DNA from: a virus
DNA: 64,000 nucleotides
IMG/VR virus record: IMGVR_UViG_3300000944_000005
Location: 46,039 to 110,038 of that record
Direction: 5' to 3' (one strand)
The notes beneath the pieces are model-generated. The model saw only the letters and a program-made list of their open reading frames with translations, was not told the origin of the DNA and ran no database searches. Both the position numbers and the translations under genes were made by a program. The first letter of the stretch is position 1. Every line of letters starts with the position of its first letter. This document shows positions 1-9,812 of the stretch, one piece after another.

Positions 1-1136
1 TTCTCTAACTTATCTCCCAATTGGTCAGTTGTAGTACCACAGGTTGGGCACTCAGCTACACCATCAGTGAAAGATGCGAGAAACCCTTCCAACGACTTGC
101 GGTTAGCTGCTAAATCATCTACCCGAGACCGCATCGACTCTGCTGGTTCATAATCAGTAGGTTGTGTAGGTAACGTCAAAGCTTGTTGTTGACGTTGAAG
201 TATCTCCAGACCGTTTGCAGTCGAGATCCGGAGCTCTTGTTGTTGACGTATCTGATCCAGGTTTCCAAGTGTTACACGTGCTTGTTGTGCTGCTTCTTGA
301 TTACCTTCGTGTGCCTTCATGATTGTGGTGATATCCTGTTCGACCTTAGTCTTGGTTTCACTAACCTGGGACTTAAGTGATGAGGCTTCTCGCCGTTGGG
401 TAGACATAGTATCAATACGAGCGACTAATTGTGTACGCTCGTGGTAATCGCGTACACACTGATTGTTACTCTCGCGATTTGATCGGATCTCTTCGAAACC
501 TGGGATACCGCCCAAATTGGTTTGGACTGTTTCGATAGTCTGTGTAGCTTCTGCGGCTCGCCGACGTAGACCATCTGCGTCAGCCGCGACTGCGGGGATC
601 TGTACAGACTTCAATTGCTCACCGATTAACTTGTAAACCACCTCAGCTTGACCCGTGTGGAATAGTTTCTGAAACTGTGCCGCACGTTTAGCTGGTGTGC
701 GATCTAGGAAACCGAAGATTTCGTCCTGTGCCACGATGACAATATCATTGACTGTAGCTTTGTCGATACCGAGGATTTCCTCGATACGGGCCGTGACCTT
801 AGTATCTCCAATAACTTCTTCACCAGTGGTGTGAATAGTTAATTTAGCTGTCGGACTCAATGGTCGTAGGTTACGACGAACAGTTGCTCGTGTACTACCA
901 TGTTCGAAATCAAGTTCGACGTAGGAGTTCTCTGACTTAGGAGCCAGGTCGCAGATGTTTGCTGCTTTTACGCCGACATTGGGGTTCTCTCCTGTCATCG
1001 CCAGACGAATCGCACCTAATAGGTTAGATTTACCAGACCCATTGGTACCGATCACTGCAGTTAACCCGTCGCTGAATTCTACCACCCGGTGTCGATGTTG
1101 GCAGAAGTTCACTACGGTGAGTTTGGTGCACTTCAT
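1..1136 (-). CDS. sbcC: SbcC/Rad50-like SMC-family ATPase (N-terminal part; runs off the left edge, so it is missing from the ORF track)
   Basis: Manual translation from ATG 1136: MKCTKLTVVNFCQHRHRVVEFSDGLTAVIGTNGSGKSNLLGAI (Walker A), then AQDEI Q-loop, coiled coil and CPTCG zinc hook near position 40-55. Lies close to an Mre11-like gene. Confidence 0.9.
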   Translation of the reverse strand, partial: MKCTKLTVVNFCQHRHRVVEFSDGLTAVIGTNGSGKSNLLGAIRLAMTGENPNVGVKAANICDLAPKSENSYVELDFEHGSTRATVRRNLRPLSPTAKLTIHTTGEEVIGDTKVTARIEEILGIDKATVNDIVIVAQDEIFGFLDRTPAKRAAQFQKLFHTGQAEVVYKLIGEQLKSVQIPAVAADADGLRRRAAEATQTIETVQTNLGGIPGFEEIRSNRESNNQCVRDYHERTQLVARIDTMSTQRREASSLKSQVSETKTKVEQDITTIMKAHEGNQEAAQQARVTLGNLDQIRQQQELRISTANGLEILQRQQQALTLPTQPTDYEPAESMRSRVDDLAANRKSLEGFLASFTDGVAECPTCGTTTDQLGDKLE

Positions 1137-2023
1137 TACTTATTATCTCGCAGTTGAATATTACGTTCACGTGACCGCTTCCGATTTGATTTCGACGCAA
1201 TCGTGAGGCCTTCATTACCCCAATCCATGTAGTACGATCGCCAAGCCTGGTCAGGTGCTATCTCAAACTCCCAATCCAACTTGTCTGCGATTTTCAACGA
1301 AATTGGGTAATCTCGTGGGTCTAGTAATTGAGTACATGATGCGAGACTCACACCACAGAAACTACACTCATTTTCACCTAACCCTGCTCCGCAGATCGAG
1401 CAAAACACGTCTATACGGTGCGGGCCGTGACTACTTAGTATTTCAGCAATTTGAAAAGCATTAGCTGTAGTGAAAAATGTAGCTTGTTCAATGCGTTGAA
1501 GTAATGGGTAACAAGTTGAATCTTCAAGTTCTTGGAACGTCGTATCAAGTAACGTCACACCTGTTGCGCGTACGTCTAACTGATTAAAACGGTTCAACGT
1601 TCTAGGGTCAACTACTTTAATCATACAACGACAATTCGACTTATCCCAAATCAAGGACTCGCCCCAGTACGTTTCGGCAAAATTTGCCACACGATCACGA
1701 TAGTCGTAAATCTTAGGTATAAAACTGTTAGGTACCCGGTTGAAAAACGACTCTTTGCGTCGATAGGTACCAGCCCATCGACACCATAGTTTATTGTCTC
1801 GCCATACTAACGCAAACACCTGCTCAGCACCACGAATCTTCAAAGGTGGTCCTATCGCGTAAGTTACGTCACTACGACCAGTGTGCTCAATTAATTGTGT
1901 AAGCTCTGTAAAGTCAAGGTGTGGAAGTAACGCCCCTACTGAAGTTGTAGTAGCTTCACACTGGTACTCATTCTCTTTGAATGCGGTTAAAGCCGCGATA
2001 TAGTGGTTGTGTTGTTCAGACAT
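1136..2023 (-). CDS. hypothetical protein with double zinc ribbon (CSICG...CSFCG)
   Basis: 295-aa ORF; its TAA overlaps the sbcC ATG (TAATG). Confidence 0.7.
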   Translation of the reverse strand: MSEQHNHYIAALTAFKENEYQCEATTTSVGALLPHLDFTELTQLIEHTGRSDVTYAIGPPLKIRGAEQVFALVWRDNKLWCRWAGTYRRKESFFNRVPNSFIPKIYDYRDRVANFAETYWGESLIWDKSNCRCMIKVVDPRTLNRFNQLDVRATGVTLLDTTFQELEDSTCYPLLQRIEQATFFTTANAFQIAEILSSHGPHRIDVFCSICGAGLGENECSFCGVSLASCTQLLDPRDYPISLKIADKLDWEFEIAPDQAWRSYYMDWGNEGLTIASKSNRKRSRERNIQLRDNK

Positions 2024-2678
2024 CAGTTACATCCTCACACGAACGACGAATGAAGTCCATTGTATTCTCAGGTACTGTAATACACCATCTAGTCGTCACT
2101 TTCCTATTTTGTGTGACAGTGAACTTCTTACCCGATTTGATCAACTCCGTAGTTAACGCAGTTACCGTAAGTAGATTATCCAATTGAATCTCGTGTAGCT
2201 CTTCTGGTTCTGGTTGTGGTTCTGCTTTATCCACTACTGTGTTTTTCAGCTCCCACTTACCAAACAGTTCTCGCCACTTTGGTATCTTCTTGTCGAGTAA
2301 CTTTTTGTGTGTATCACTTATCGAGTCCAGTGTTTTAGGTCGATGGGTTGTCATATCTGGCGGATCCCCAAGAGCTGGACCTTGTGACATGAACGTAATG
2401 TAAAGAGGTATATCCGAATAGCACCCAGTACAGTAATCATCATCGAAAGTGATTACCACGTGAGGACCATCTTTAACTAAAAGATTTTCCGAAATGTGTG
2501 AGAACGTTTTGTCCTCAGTTATATTTCGTAACTTCTTGGTGCTCGGATCCACGACCTCAAACGGGCCGTAAGCGTAGGGTTTACTATTAGCAGCCCCTTT
2601 AAGGTAAACCAATTCATTAGGTTTGACCTTTTTCCAGGTCGTTAACTGGTACCCCGGAATCGTTTTGCGTCTGGGCAT
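2016..2678 (-). CDS. hypothetical protein
   Basis: 220-aa ORF overlapping both neighbours in the same strand run. Confidence 0.6.
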   Translation of the reverse strand: MPRRKTIPGYQLTTWKKVKPNELVYLKGAANSKPYAYGPFEVVDPSTKKLRNITEDKTFSHISENLLVKDGPHVVITFDDDYCTGCYSDIPLYITFMSQGPALGDPPDMTTHRPKTLDSISDTHKKLLDKKIPKWRELFGKWELKNTVVDKAEPQPEPEELHEIQLDNLLTVTALTTELIKSGKKFTVTQNRKVTTRWCITVPENTMDFIRRSCEDVTDV

Positions 2679-3756
2679 AATTAACCTTGAACTCTTCGAA
2701 CATTGTAGTGATCTCCGCTTTAGGTTCCGGAGCTTGTAGTAGTCGGCAAGTACCGTTATGGATCGGAGAATCCTTGGTTACCAGTTCACCGACTGCGGAA
2801 ATCAAACTGTCGAAAGCCCCTTCACGAGTAACTGCCTCGTCAATGACTTCAGTTATCTGTTGACGTTGAGGTTCCAAGAACAGATGACAACGATCAGAAA
2901 ATGTCTGGGTAAGACGCTGGTGTGCGTCAGGGATCTCATCAACGAACTTAACTCGAAGGATCGGTTTCTGGATCACCGGATTGTATGGTGTATCAAGACC
3001 ACCAAGTTCGGTACCGGTTACGAAATCTACCAGTTGTTGTTCGTTCTGCAACTCTTTGTAGAAGTAAGGTCGCGTATCGATACTTTCCCAAGTCACGGAT
3101 AGATCGGAGTGAATTACACCGAAACTTTTACGTGGGTCTTCATTCAAAGCTTGCATACAAGTAGAACCTGGTGAGTAGGCTACCACTCTCCCACCATCTG
3201 CGGCCTTACCCTCACAAGTTGTGGTTACGTGATAGTCACCAGTAATCAACGTGATACTAGTAGGTAACATGTCGAATGAACCTTCAGTGATACCAACACC
3301 CTGAATTTCGTCCCAAGATTGGTGCATCACTAACACCAACGGAGATACTTCGGTAAACAAATTGTTGATAGCGTCTTGTAGTTTATCTTTAGGTTGCCAG
3401 TCGATTCCCGCAAACTCAATACCACTAATATTATCTGCACCTAACATGATTACCCAACCATGAAGTTGCGCCCAACTTGGTGTAGCACGATCATGATTAC
3501 CGTCAACTGCGTAGACTCTAAGCGACGCTTGCTGCATCCGATCCATGGCTTTCATGTAACGATCTACTGAAAGCGAATCTGGTCGTACCTTATCGAAAAG
3601 ATCACCAGCTAGAATCAATGGTAGTTGTTCACGTATACAGTACGTTATGATGTAATCCAACGACTCATACGCGTCGTGTTTCAGTTCTGGGTGCTTTGTC
3701 CAGGTTACTGGTCGGAGGTGGAGGTCAGCCGCGAAGGCTGCAATTGGTCGAGCCAT
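2617..3756 (-). CDS. sbcD: SbcD/Mre11-like metallophosphoesterase nuclease
   Basis: Calcineurin-like motifs ADLH, AGDLFD, GNHD, MHQ, GDYH, YSPGS; near the Rad50-like ATPase. Confidence 0.88.
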   Translation of the reverse strand: MARPIAAFAADLHLRPVTWTKHPELKHDAYESLDYIITYCIREQLPLILAGDLFDKVRPDSLSVDRYMKAMDRMQQASLRVYAVDGNHDRATPSWAQLHGWVIMLGADNISGIEFAGIDWQPKDKLQDAINNLFTEVSPLVLVMHQSWDEIQGVGITEGSFDMLPTSITLITGDYHVTTTCEGKAADGGRVVAYSPGSTCMQALNEDPRKSFGVIHSDLSVTWESIDTRPYFYKELQNEQQLVDFVTGTELGGLDTPYNPVIQKPILRVKFVDEIPDAHQRLTQTFSDRCHLFLEPQRQQITEVIDEAVTREGAFDSLISAVGELVTKDSPIHNGTCRLLQAPEPKAEITTMFEEFKVNYAQTQNDSGVPVNDLEKGQT

Positions 3757-3775
3757 TTTGGTTCCTATTTACCGA

Positions 3776-4153
3776 TTACTCTTCATCTTCATGAGGGACT
3801 ACTGTCTCGTCACCAGATGAGATGATGCTAATGTGGATACCGGGACGTATACGAACCACCGCAACCGCATTATCGCAGTAAGGACTTCCGCAGTTAGGGC
3901 AGAGGTACTTCCGTACCGCATTCCGGTAAAACCGTGTGTTTGTATTGACTGCGCGTAATTGATCACGGGCCATTGTATCAATAGCATCAAGGAAATCAGC
4001 TCCCGCATTGTAAAAACTTTTGGCCATTTCTACGCGTTCGAGTGTTTTACCTGAAGTACCTAATCCGCTCTTCAACCTATTAAGTAGTGTAATCAGTGGG
4101 CAATCCAGTCGGAAAGCTTGGTGGTACAGTGTGTGAAACAGTTCAGTCGCCAT
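3776..4153 (-). CDS. hypothetical protein with zinc ribbon (CPNCGSPYC)
   Basis: 125-aa ORF. Confidence 0.6.
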   Translation of the reverse strand: MATELFHTLYHQAFRLDCPLITLLNRLKSGLGTSGKTLERVEMAKSFYNAGADFLDAIDTMARDQLRAVNTNTRFYRNAVRKYLCPNCGSPYCDNAVAVVRIRPGIHISIISSGDETVVPHEDEE

Positions 4154-4222
4154 TGCTATTTGTCTCTTTAACGGATTCTACTAGGATACCAAAGTTACAT
4201 GGTATGAAAAGGAGAACCCATA

Positions 4223-4459
4223 ATGTTAGTGTTATCACGGAAGAAAAACGAAGTCGTCGTCATTGGTGACGAGAAAACTCTCGGTTTCGTTATTAAGGTT
4301 GTTGTTGTTGAAATCCGCGCCGATAAGGTACGATTGGGTATTGACGCACCCAAAGAAGTACCAGTTCACCGACAAGAAGTATTTGACGCAATTATGCGAA
4401 GTGTCCAAGAGAGCGTAGACGCTAACAACTCAGATTTTGTAGAGTCCGAGACTCCTTAA
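4223..4459 (+). CDS. csrA: carbon storage regulator CsrA/RsmA
   Basis: MLVLSRKKNE...VRLGIDAPKEVPVHRQEV is the canonical CsrA signature; AGGAG Shine-Dalgarno upstream. Confidence 0.95.
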   Translation: MLVLSRKKNEVVVIGDEKTLGFVIKVVVVEIRADKVRLGIDAPKEVPVHRQEVFDAIMRSVQESVDANNSDFVESETP

Positions 4460-4487
4460 ACTGGTTCGCGTTCTATTCGTAAATAGA

Positions 4488-4519
4488 AACAGCTCACCGT
4501 GCCGATCCGGTGAGCTGTT
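4488..4519. terminator. 12-bp stem hairpin between convergent csrA and hldE (probable bidirectional terminator)
   Basis: AACAGCTCACCG-8 nt-CGGTGAGCTGTT perfect inverted repeat. Confidence 0.7.
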
Positions 4520-4592
4520 AGGATTGAATGGCGTGAAAGTTGGTAGTTGGCACGCACACGTCTACGAATATTAGACAAGCAGTTTCTTAACG

Positions 4593-6122
4593 TCAACCGG
4601 AAACAACCTGATTATCAGGATTTTCTTTATCGGGTGATTCCAAGTTTTCACGATCAATTGTGATGTAAAACTGGTCAGTATCGCAATATCTCACATGTCC
4701 ACCAATCGAGGCTACAAAATCAGCCCCAGGAAGATTGGTGTACTTTTGCTTCGCATCATCGCCCTTCACAAGTACTTCCGGACGGATACGACGCACCAGT
4801 CTCTCCACATCCCCGTCGAATCTGACCACTGCGTCAACAGACTCCTGTAACGCAATGTGTGAAGCTCTGAAACTATCAGGTACGTGCGGACGTGCCTCAC
4901 CTTTAAGCTCGCGTAATGATGTGTCATCATTGTAAGCGACTACGAGTACATCACCCGATCGCTTCGCGTACCGTAGCGTCTCTAAATGTCCTGCATGGAA
5001 CCCGTCGAAACAACCGTTTGCTAGTACGATACGAACTGAAGGGTTCATACGACGATGCCGATCTAAGAACTCGGTTAGTTTCGTGTCATCCATCAGTTTC
5101 TTTGTCCAATTGGTTCTTTGCCAAATGAACTCTTCAACTTGATCACGATCAGCCAGTTTACTTCCGAAGTACCGAACTACATAACCTGCACACTGCATAG
5201 CAAAATGTACACAGTTAGACCACTCCAACCCTTCAATTAACCCAACAGCTAATGCCGCGATTACTGTATCACCGGCGCCGCAAATATCACGAGCACCGTC
5301 GGCCTCAGTATCCCCAAACGCGTCGTAATAACTGATACCAATGTCGTCTGTGTAAGCACAACCGTAACGACCACCAGTGACTACTACCAATTGTGGTTCG
5401 TAATCAGCTTTAAGTTGCTGACAAGCTACACCTAGTCGATTAACCGTATCCACCCCCTTGGCAAGACCTGGATGTACGTTATGGGAGAGGTCAAGCATCC
5501 TAATAGCGTCGGAGAGGTTAGGTTTTAGTAACGACACACCACGATAAAGGTGTATCTGATCCGCGCGACAATCTACAAAGATGGGAATGTTGAATTTATT
5601 TGCGAATTCACGTACGGCCTGTACGAGTGTCGGTGTCATGGTACCGTTATCGTTGTCACTGATTACGATAACTTTGATTTGCTCACTGTGTTCAGTAAGT
5701 GTGTCGAGGCCAGTAATTAACGCAGTATCCGCAGCCATACCATGTTGTTGAGTATCGACACGACTGATGATCTGATTATCACAAGTGACGCGGTGTTTCA
5801 CTACAGTAGGTTTTTCGACCACATGCGGAAAGTAAGTCTGGATACCTAACGCTTGAGCTAGTTCGATGAGGCGGTAACCTGCGTAATCGTAATCCTCTGG
5901 TGCGTTTGTAGTCTTACAAGCACCGATAGTAGCCATCAACAACACGTTGTGACCTAGAGCTTTAATGTTAGCAGCTACATTACCTGCCCAACCTAAAGAC
6001 TCCACATGAGAAGTTTGATGAATCGTTGGTACCGGCGCTTCACGAGATACGTCAACAGCATCTCCCTCAGTTCGCCGGTCCAATGCGATGTCACCGATTA
6101 CAAGAGCGGTGGGTGTGTTCAT
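4593..6122 (-). CDS. hldE: bifunctional heptose-7-phosphate kinase / heptose-1-phosphate adenylyltransferase (HldE/RfaE-like)
   Basis: N-terminal PfkB domain (GDIALD, GWAGNVA, LLKPN, DICGAGDTV) fused to a cytidylyltransferase domain (ANGCFDGFHAGH, VLVKGDD). Confidence 0.9.
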   Translation of the reverse strand: MNTPTALVIGDIALDRRTEGDAVDVSREAPVPTIHQTSHVESLGWAGNVAANIKALGHNVLLMATIGACKTTNAPEDYDYAGYRLIELAQALGIQTYFPHVVEKPTVVKHRVTCDNQIISRVDTQQHGMAADTALITGLDTLTEHSEQIKVIVISDNDNGTMTPTLVQAVREFANKFNIPIFVDCRADQIHLYRGVSLLKPNLSDAIRMLDLSHNVHPGLAKGVDTVNRLGVACQQLKADYEPQLVVVTGGRYGCAYTDDIGISYYDAFGDTEADGARDICGAGDTVIAALAVGLIEGLEWSNCVHFAMQCAGYVVRYFGSKLADRDQVEEFIWQRTNWTKKLMDDTKLTEFLDRHRRMNPSVRIVLANGCFDGFHAGHLETLRYAKRSGDVLVVAYNDDTSLRELKGEARPHVPDSFRASHIALQESVDAVVRFDGDVERLVRRIRPEVLVKGDDAKQKYTNLPGADFVASIGGHVRYCDTDQFYITIDRENLESPDKENPDNQVVSG

Positions 6123-6123
6123 A

Positions 6124-7422
6124 CTACTCGTTTCCAGAGACTTCCAACACGTAGGTTCCGTGGTCTGCCACGGTGAATGTGTAAGTACCTACGATAGATC
6201 CTGTACGTGGTCGAAGTTCGTCGACCACGTCGTAGTCTTGCCCTGGTTGTGGTTGACCTTCAGATAAGAAGGCGTCCACATAAGGCCGGACGTTACCGTT
6301 ACCAACTTCACCATTGACGACGTTGATGTATGCAGTACGTCCGTCATTAAACTGAAAGTGGTGCTCGTACAGTGTGTCACCAACAGCCACCGTACCAACT
6401 GGTTGGACCAAATCTAACGCCGTCTTAATATTCGCAAATTCGACTTTACGAATCTTCAAATTGGCTGACTGAATCACTGGGAGTGGATCACCTTCCTGGT
6501 TCTCCTGTACTTGAGGTAACGGCGCATCCGTAATCTCTAACGTAACCACACCAATACCTTTGAACTCCTGACCTTCATCAGACTTGAAGTCGGCAAAGAA
6601 CTGTTTCGACTCTTCGTCTTGCCACACCGCTTGGGTCACACCGCGGTATTGTCGGTTACCTGGACCAGTGTAGATGCACCGCTGGTTCTGGCTGTTTGGG
6701 TGTACCTTTTGCTTCTTCTTACTACCCTTTGCTTTCTTCGGCGGCGTGGCTTCTTTGAACGCACCATCGTTGAACTGTTGGATCATGACCTCACTGGTAA
6801 GGAACTGATTCAACGTGCATGGTATCGGTTCATTCGTACGTTCCGCTTCACGAATCATATCAATGAAGACAGCCAAGTAATCCACCACATCCTTGGCTGA
6901 CCATTTCTGGCGACCAGTTGCGTCAGCGGCTTTCTGCGATCGAGGCAGATACTCTTTGATCGCGTCACCCGGGTGCATTAGGTTCTCTTTGTTGAAGTCT
7001 GCTATTGGTGCAAACAACTCCAAGAACTTTTCAAACGGTAGCGTCGGTACTAACTGACGGATCCACAGATATTGGACCAGCAGTTTGACCTTCTCTGCAT
7101 CACCAGAGTAACGACTACACCCAGGATCTTTAGCGAACGTACGCAAACACTCTTGGATCGTAGGTGGTGCGTCGGCCGGTGGTATGACAACTACCTGGGG
7201 TGAAGCTTCTGTAGGTGTTGTCGGCCCGTCTGCCGGGATAAATGTAGTCTGTGTCAACCCGTCTGTACCAGGTTCGTTAACTGCAGGCGTTGCTGCAGTC
7301 GTCGGTGGGATTGTCGGGGTTGGTGGAGCCCCTCCGTGTTGTACTGGTTGAGTTGTTGCTGGACCAGTTGGTTGTACACCCCAACCTTGTGATGGTTGTT
7401 GTTGTGTTGTGTCTTGCGACAT
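6124..7422 (-). CDS. hypothetical protein with Pro/Thr/Gln-rich N-terminus
   Basis: Long ORF; start adjusted to MSQDTT at 7422. Confidence 0.7.
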   Translation of the reverse strand: MSQDTTQQQPSQGWGVQPTGPATTQPVQHGGAPPTPTIPPTTAATPAVNEPGTDGLTQTTFIPADGPTTPTEASPQVVVIPPADAPPTIQECLRTFAKDPGCSRYSGDAEKVKLLVQYLWIRQLVPTLPFEKFLELFAPIADFNKENLMHPGDAIKEYLPRSQKAADATGRQKWSAKDVVDYLAVFIDMIREAERTNEPIPCTLNQFLTSEVMIQQFNDGAFKEATPPKKAKGSKKKQKVHPNSQNQRCIYTGPGNRQYRGVTQAVWQDEESKQFFADFKSDEGQEFKGIGVVTLEITDAPLPQVQENQEGDPLPVIQSANLKIRKVEFANIKTALDLVQPVGTVAVGDTLYEHHFQFNDGRTAYINVVNGEVGNGNVRPYVDAFLSEGQPQPGQDYDVVDELRPRTGSIVGTYTFTVADHGTYVLEVSGNE

Positions 7423-7423
7423 A

Positions 7424-8326
7424 TTAATAACGTCTCCTGCGGAACCCACGGTAACTCATGTGAGTTCTAAATTTCATTGATTTTTTAGTTTCTAGTAATT
7501 GCTTAGTACGTTCCGGGTCACCAGTCATCAAACCGACTGGGTAACGACACGTCTGAGCAACATACCTACAAATAAGTTTACGTGTAGGTCGTTCAATTCT
7601 TTCACATTTACCCACCGCAGTTAACCGCTCAGGTGTAGCGACATCAGCTCTAATTTTGAGCAACTGTCGATTAGTAATAACCCATTTGGTACCTTCGGTG
7701 TTTGGTTCAAATGTAGTATAGAGTAAAGCACCCACAGGGTCTATTAGACGAATGAAACTTGCTCTCGCTGATGTAATTTGTTGCATCAATTTGCGTAATG
7801 CCTCGATGACACCGTTACCGTCAGTTACCTCGCGATTGAACGTATGTTTCCGGAACAACATGTGATAACGAAACTCAGGCTGTCGTTGTGTAGTAGGGGT
7901 GTCATCTGGATCAATCAGTACATTTCGAAACTCTCGCCCGAGTGATTGCTCCTCTTCTGTTAACTCAACAGGATCAGGTGCGGGAAAACATGAATCGATA
8001 CGTTGCCACACCTCTCGTACGCGTCTAGCGTAACAGAAAGGACAAATAGTATAGTTTCTACATGTTCTCGTTATTGGATTTGCTAATGCAAACGTTGGTA
8101 CGCAGTTACGCGCATATAGGACTGAATGACTGGTGTTACCAGAAAGCCAACCTTGATTAGTCAAGTTACCTATACGCGCTCGCCATTGTTCTTGTAATTT
8201 AATCGTCTCTGCCGTAACACTGAAACCTTGGCTCCGTTTACGTAGAGGGTAGAGCACCGCCAGTCGTTGAACGATGTCAACGTACCTTTGAGGTTCTCCA
8301 TGAAAGGTAAATTCATAATCAGCCAT
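7424..8326 (-). CDS. hypothetical protein with CxxxxxCPFC cluster
   Basis: About 300-aa ORF containing RTCRNYTICPFCYARRV; start adjusted to MADYEF. Confidence 0.65.
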   Translation of the reverse strand: MADYEFTFHGEPQRYVDIVQRLAVLYPLRKRSQGFSVTAETIKLQEQWRARIGNLTNQGWLSGNTSHSVLYARNCVPTFALANPITRTCRNYTICPFCYARRVREVWQRIDSCFPAPDPVELTEEEQSLGREFRNVLIDPDDTPTTQRQPEFRYHMLFRKHTFNREVTDGNGVIEALRKLMQQITSARASFIRLIDPVGALLYTTFEPNTEGTKWVITNRQLLKIRADVATPERLTAVGKCERIERPTRKLICRYVAQTCRYPVGLMTGDPERTKQLLETKKSMKFRTHMSYRGFRRRRY

Positions 8327-8975
8327 TGCTGTCGCCTGCGTCAATCCCCCACGATCGTCCAACCGCTGGGTCTGTACTGGTAAATCTCCCTGTTAAGTTA
8401 CGTAAATTTTGAGTACCAGGTTGGTCTGCCGCTATAGCAGAAGCCATTATCCTAGCTTCCAATGCTGCGAAATCCATACCGACTTCAGTAGGGGTATTTA
8501 CCTGAGTTAAATATACCATCTCGTTGCAGAAATCAGTAAACGCAAGTCGAAACTTTTCACATTCCGCTGCGTCAGCAAACTTACGTGAGTGGTGGTAAGA
8601 TGGGTTACCAACAGCTGTGACATTCACGGTCAGGTAATGGTTTTCCCAAGGTTTACCTATGTCACACGCAGTAGTAGTGATGCTGGTTATCGTTTCAAAA
8701 ATCGAAATGTTCCAGGACGTATCCCAAACTGGTCCTAGATCCACAAACTGTTGCCCACGTATCACTTTGTTAAACGTACACCCAAAAGTTCCCAAGTAGA
8801 TCCGATTAACACACCGTTGTCGAATCTTTGGTAACGTGTCCGTTGCGTTTGCGTAACGTAACAACTCTTCATCCGTTGGAGCAATTGCGTATCGGATCTT
8901 ATCATTTGGTACTACCGCCTCCCCGGCATCGAGTTTGATATCTCGTACGTCGCGTACTCTACTTGACTGTGTCAT
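8319..8975 (-). CDS. hypothetical protein (C-terminal PolA-like peptides)
   Basis: 218-aa ORF with GGGAG SD; contains DFAALEARIMA and TGRFTSTDP. Confidence 0.6.
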   Translation of the reverse strand: MTQSSRVRDVRDIKLDAGEAVVPNDKIRYAIAPTDEELLRYANATDTLPKIRQRCVNRIYLGTFGCTFNKVIRGQQFVDLGPVWDTSWNISIFETITSITTTACDIGKPWENHYLTVNVTAVGNPSYHHSRKFADAAECEKFRLAFTDFCNEMVYLTQVNTPTEVGMDFAALEARIMASAIAADQPGTQNLRNLTGRFTSTDPAVGRSWGIDAGDSNG

Positions 8976-8981
8976 GAATAA

Positions 8982-9812
8982 TCACTCCCTTAGTGCATCC
9001 GCGTCACGATTAATTTCCAGCGCTTCGTGCATTGAAATAATATGCGTAGGGGCTGCTTGGTTAACGTCGCTCCAAACTAATAAACGTAACTCTCCTGCAC
9101 GAAACTCCAAAGCTGCCAAAGTACCATTAGGTCGAAAAGAGTTACTATACCCATCAGCTAATAACATAACAGCTAACGAAGTAACCCTAAGCGTGACTAA
9201 CTGCGTTGGTCGTTGTCGTGATCCTGTGGATGCTTCAAAAGCATCTTGATCCTGTAGTGATTGCCTAATCGTAAGGTTGTTATCACTCGTCGCGTTCACT
9301 CGTTGTGGGAGATTGGTTATTGCGACATCGTTATCTACCCAATACACATGGTTACCTGTGAGTTTACAGTACAAATCCACCGCAGCTTCTTTACTAATTA
9401 AGTCTGCGATATGTTGCGCTACTCCTTCAGGTGTGCGGCCGTACAAACCCCACAGCCTCACATCCACACGTCGAATATCGAATGATGTGAACGCACGAGT
9501 TTCGTGGTTGACGTTTGTGGTTGGTGACTCGCCACCTGCGTCAATAATACTAATTTCAGCAAGTGTACGTAGTGACGACTCACTCAACTGACTATTTGCG
9601 TTAATGATACTTAGAGAATACGACTCACCAATTTCGTGTAGTTGTGTAGTGCTCCCACCGAGTTGCTCATTCAAAACAGCGGCGCACTGATTCAGGTACT
9701 GGTAGAGATCAGTTACGGGGCTATCACCAAAAATACGATCACGCCAGGCGTCATACGCACCGCTTGTGGTGATATTGGTGATCACTTCTAAATAGATGTT
9801 GTTGATACTCAT
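8982..9812 (-). CDS. hypothetical protein
   Basis: Long ORF; ATG at 9812 overlaps the upstream TGA (ATGA). Confidence 0.65.
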   Translation of the reverse strand: MSINNIYLEVITNITTSGAYDAWRDRIFGDSPVTDLYQYLNQCAAVLNEQLGGSTTQLHEIGESYSLSIINANSQLSESSLRTLAEISIIDAGGESPTTNVNHETRAFTSFDIRRVDVRLWGLYGRTPEGVAQHIADLISKEAAVDLYCKLTGNHVYWVDNDVAITNLPQRVNATSDNNLTIRQSLQDQDAFEASTGSRQRPTQLVTLRVTSLAVMLLADGYSNSFRPNGTLAALEFRAGELRLLVWSDVNQAAPTHIISMHEALEINRDADALRE

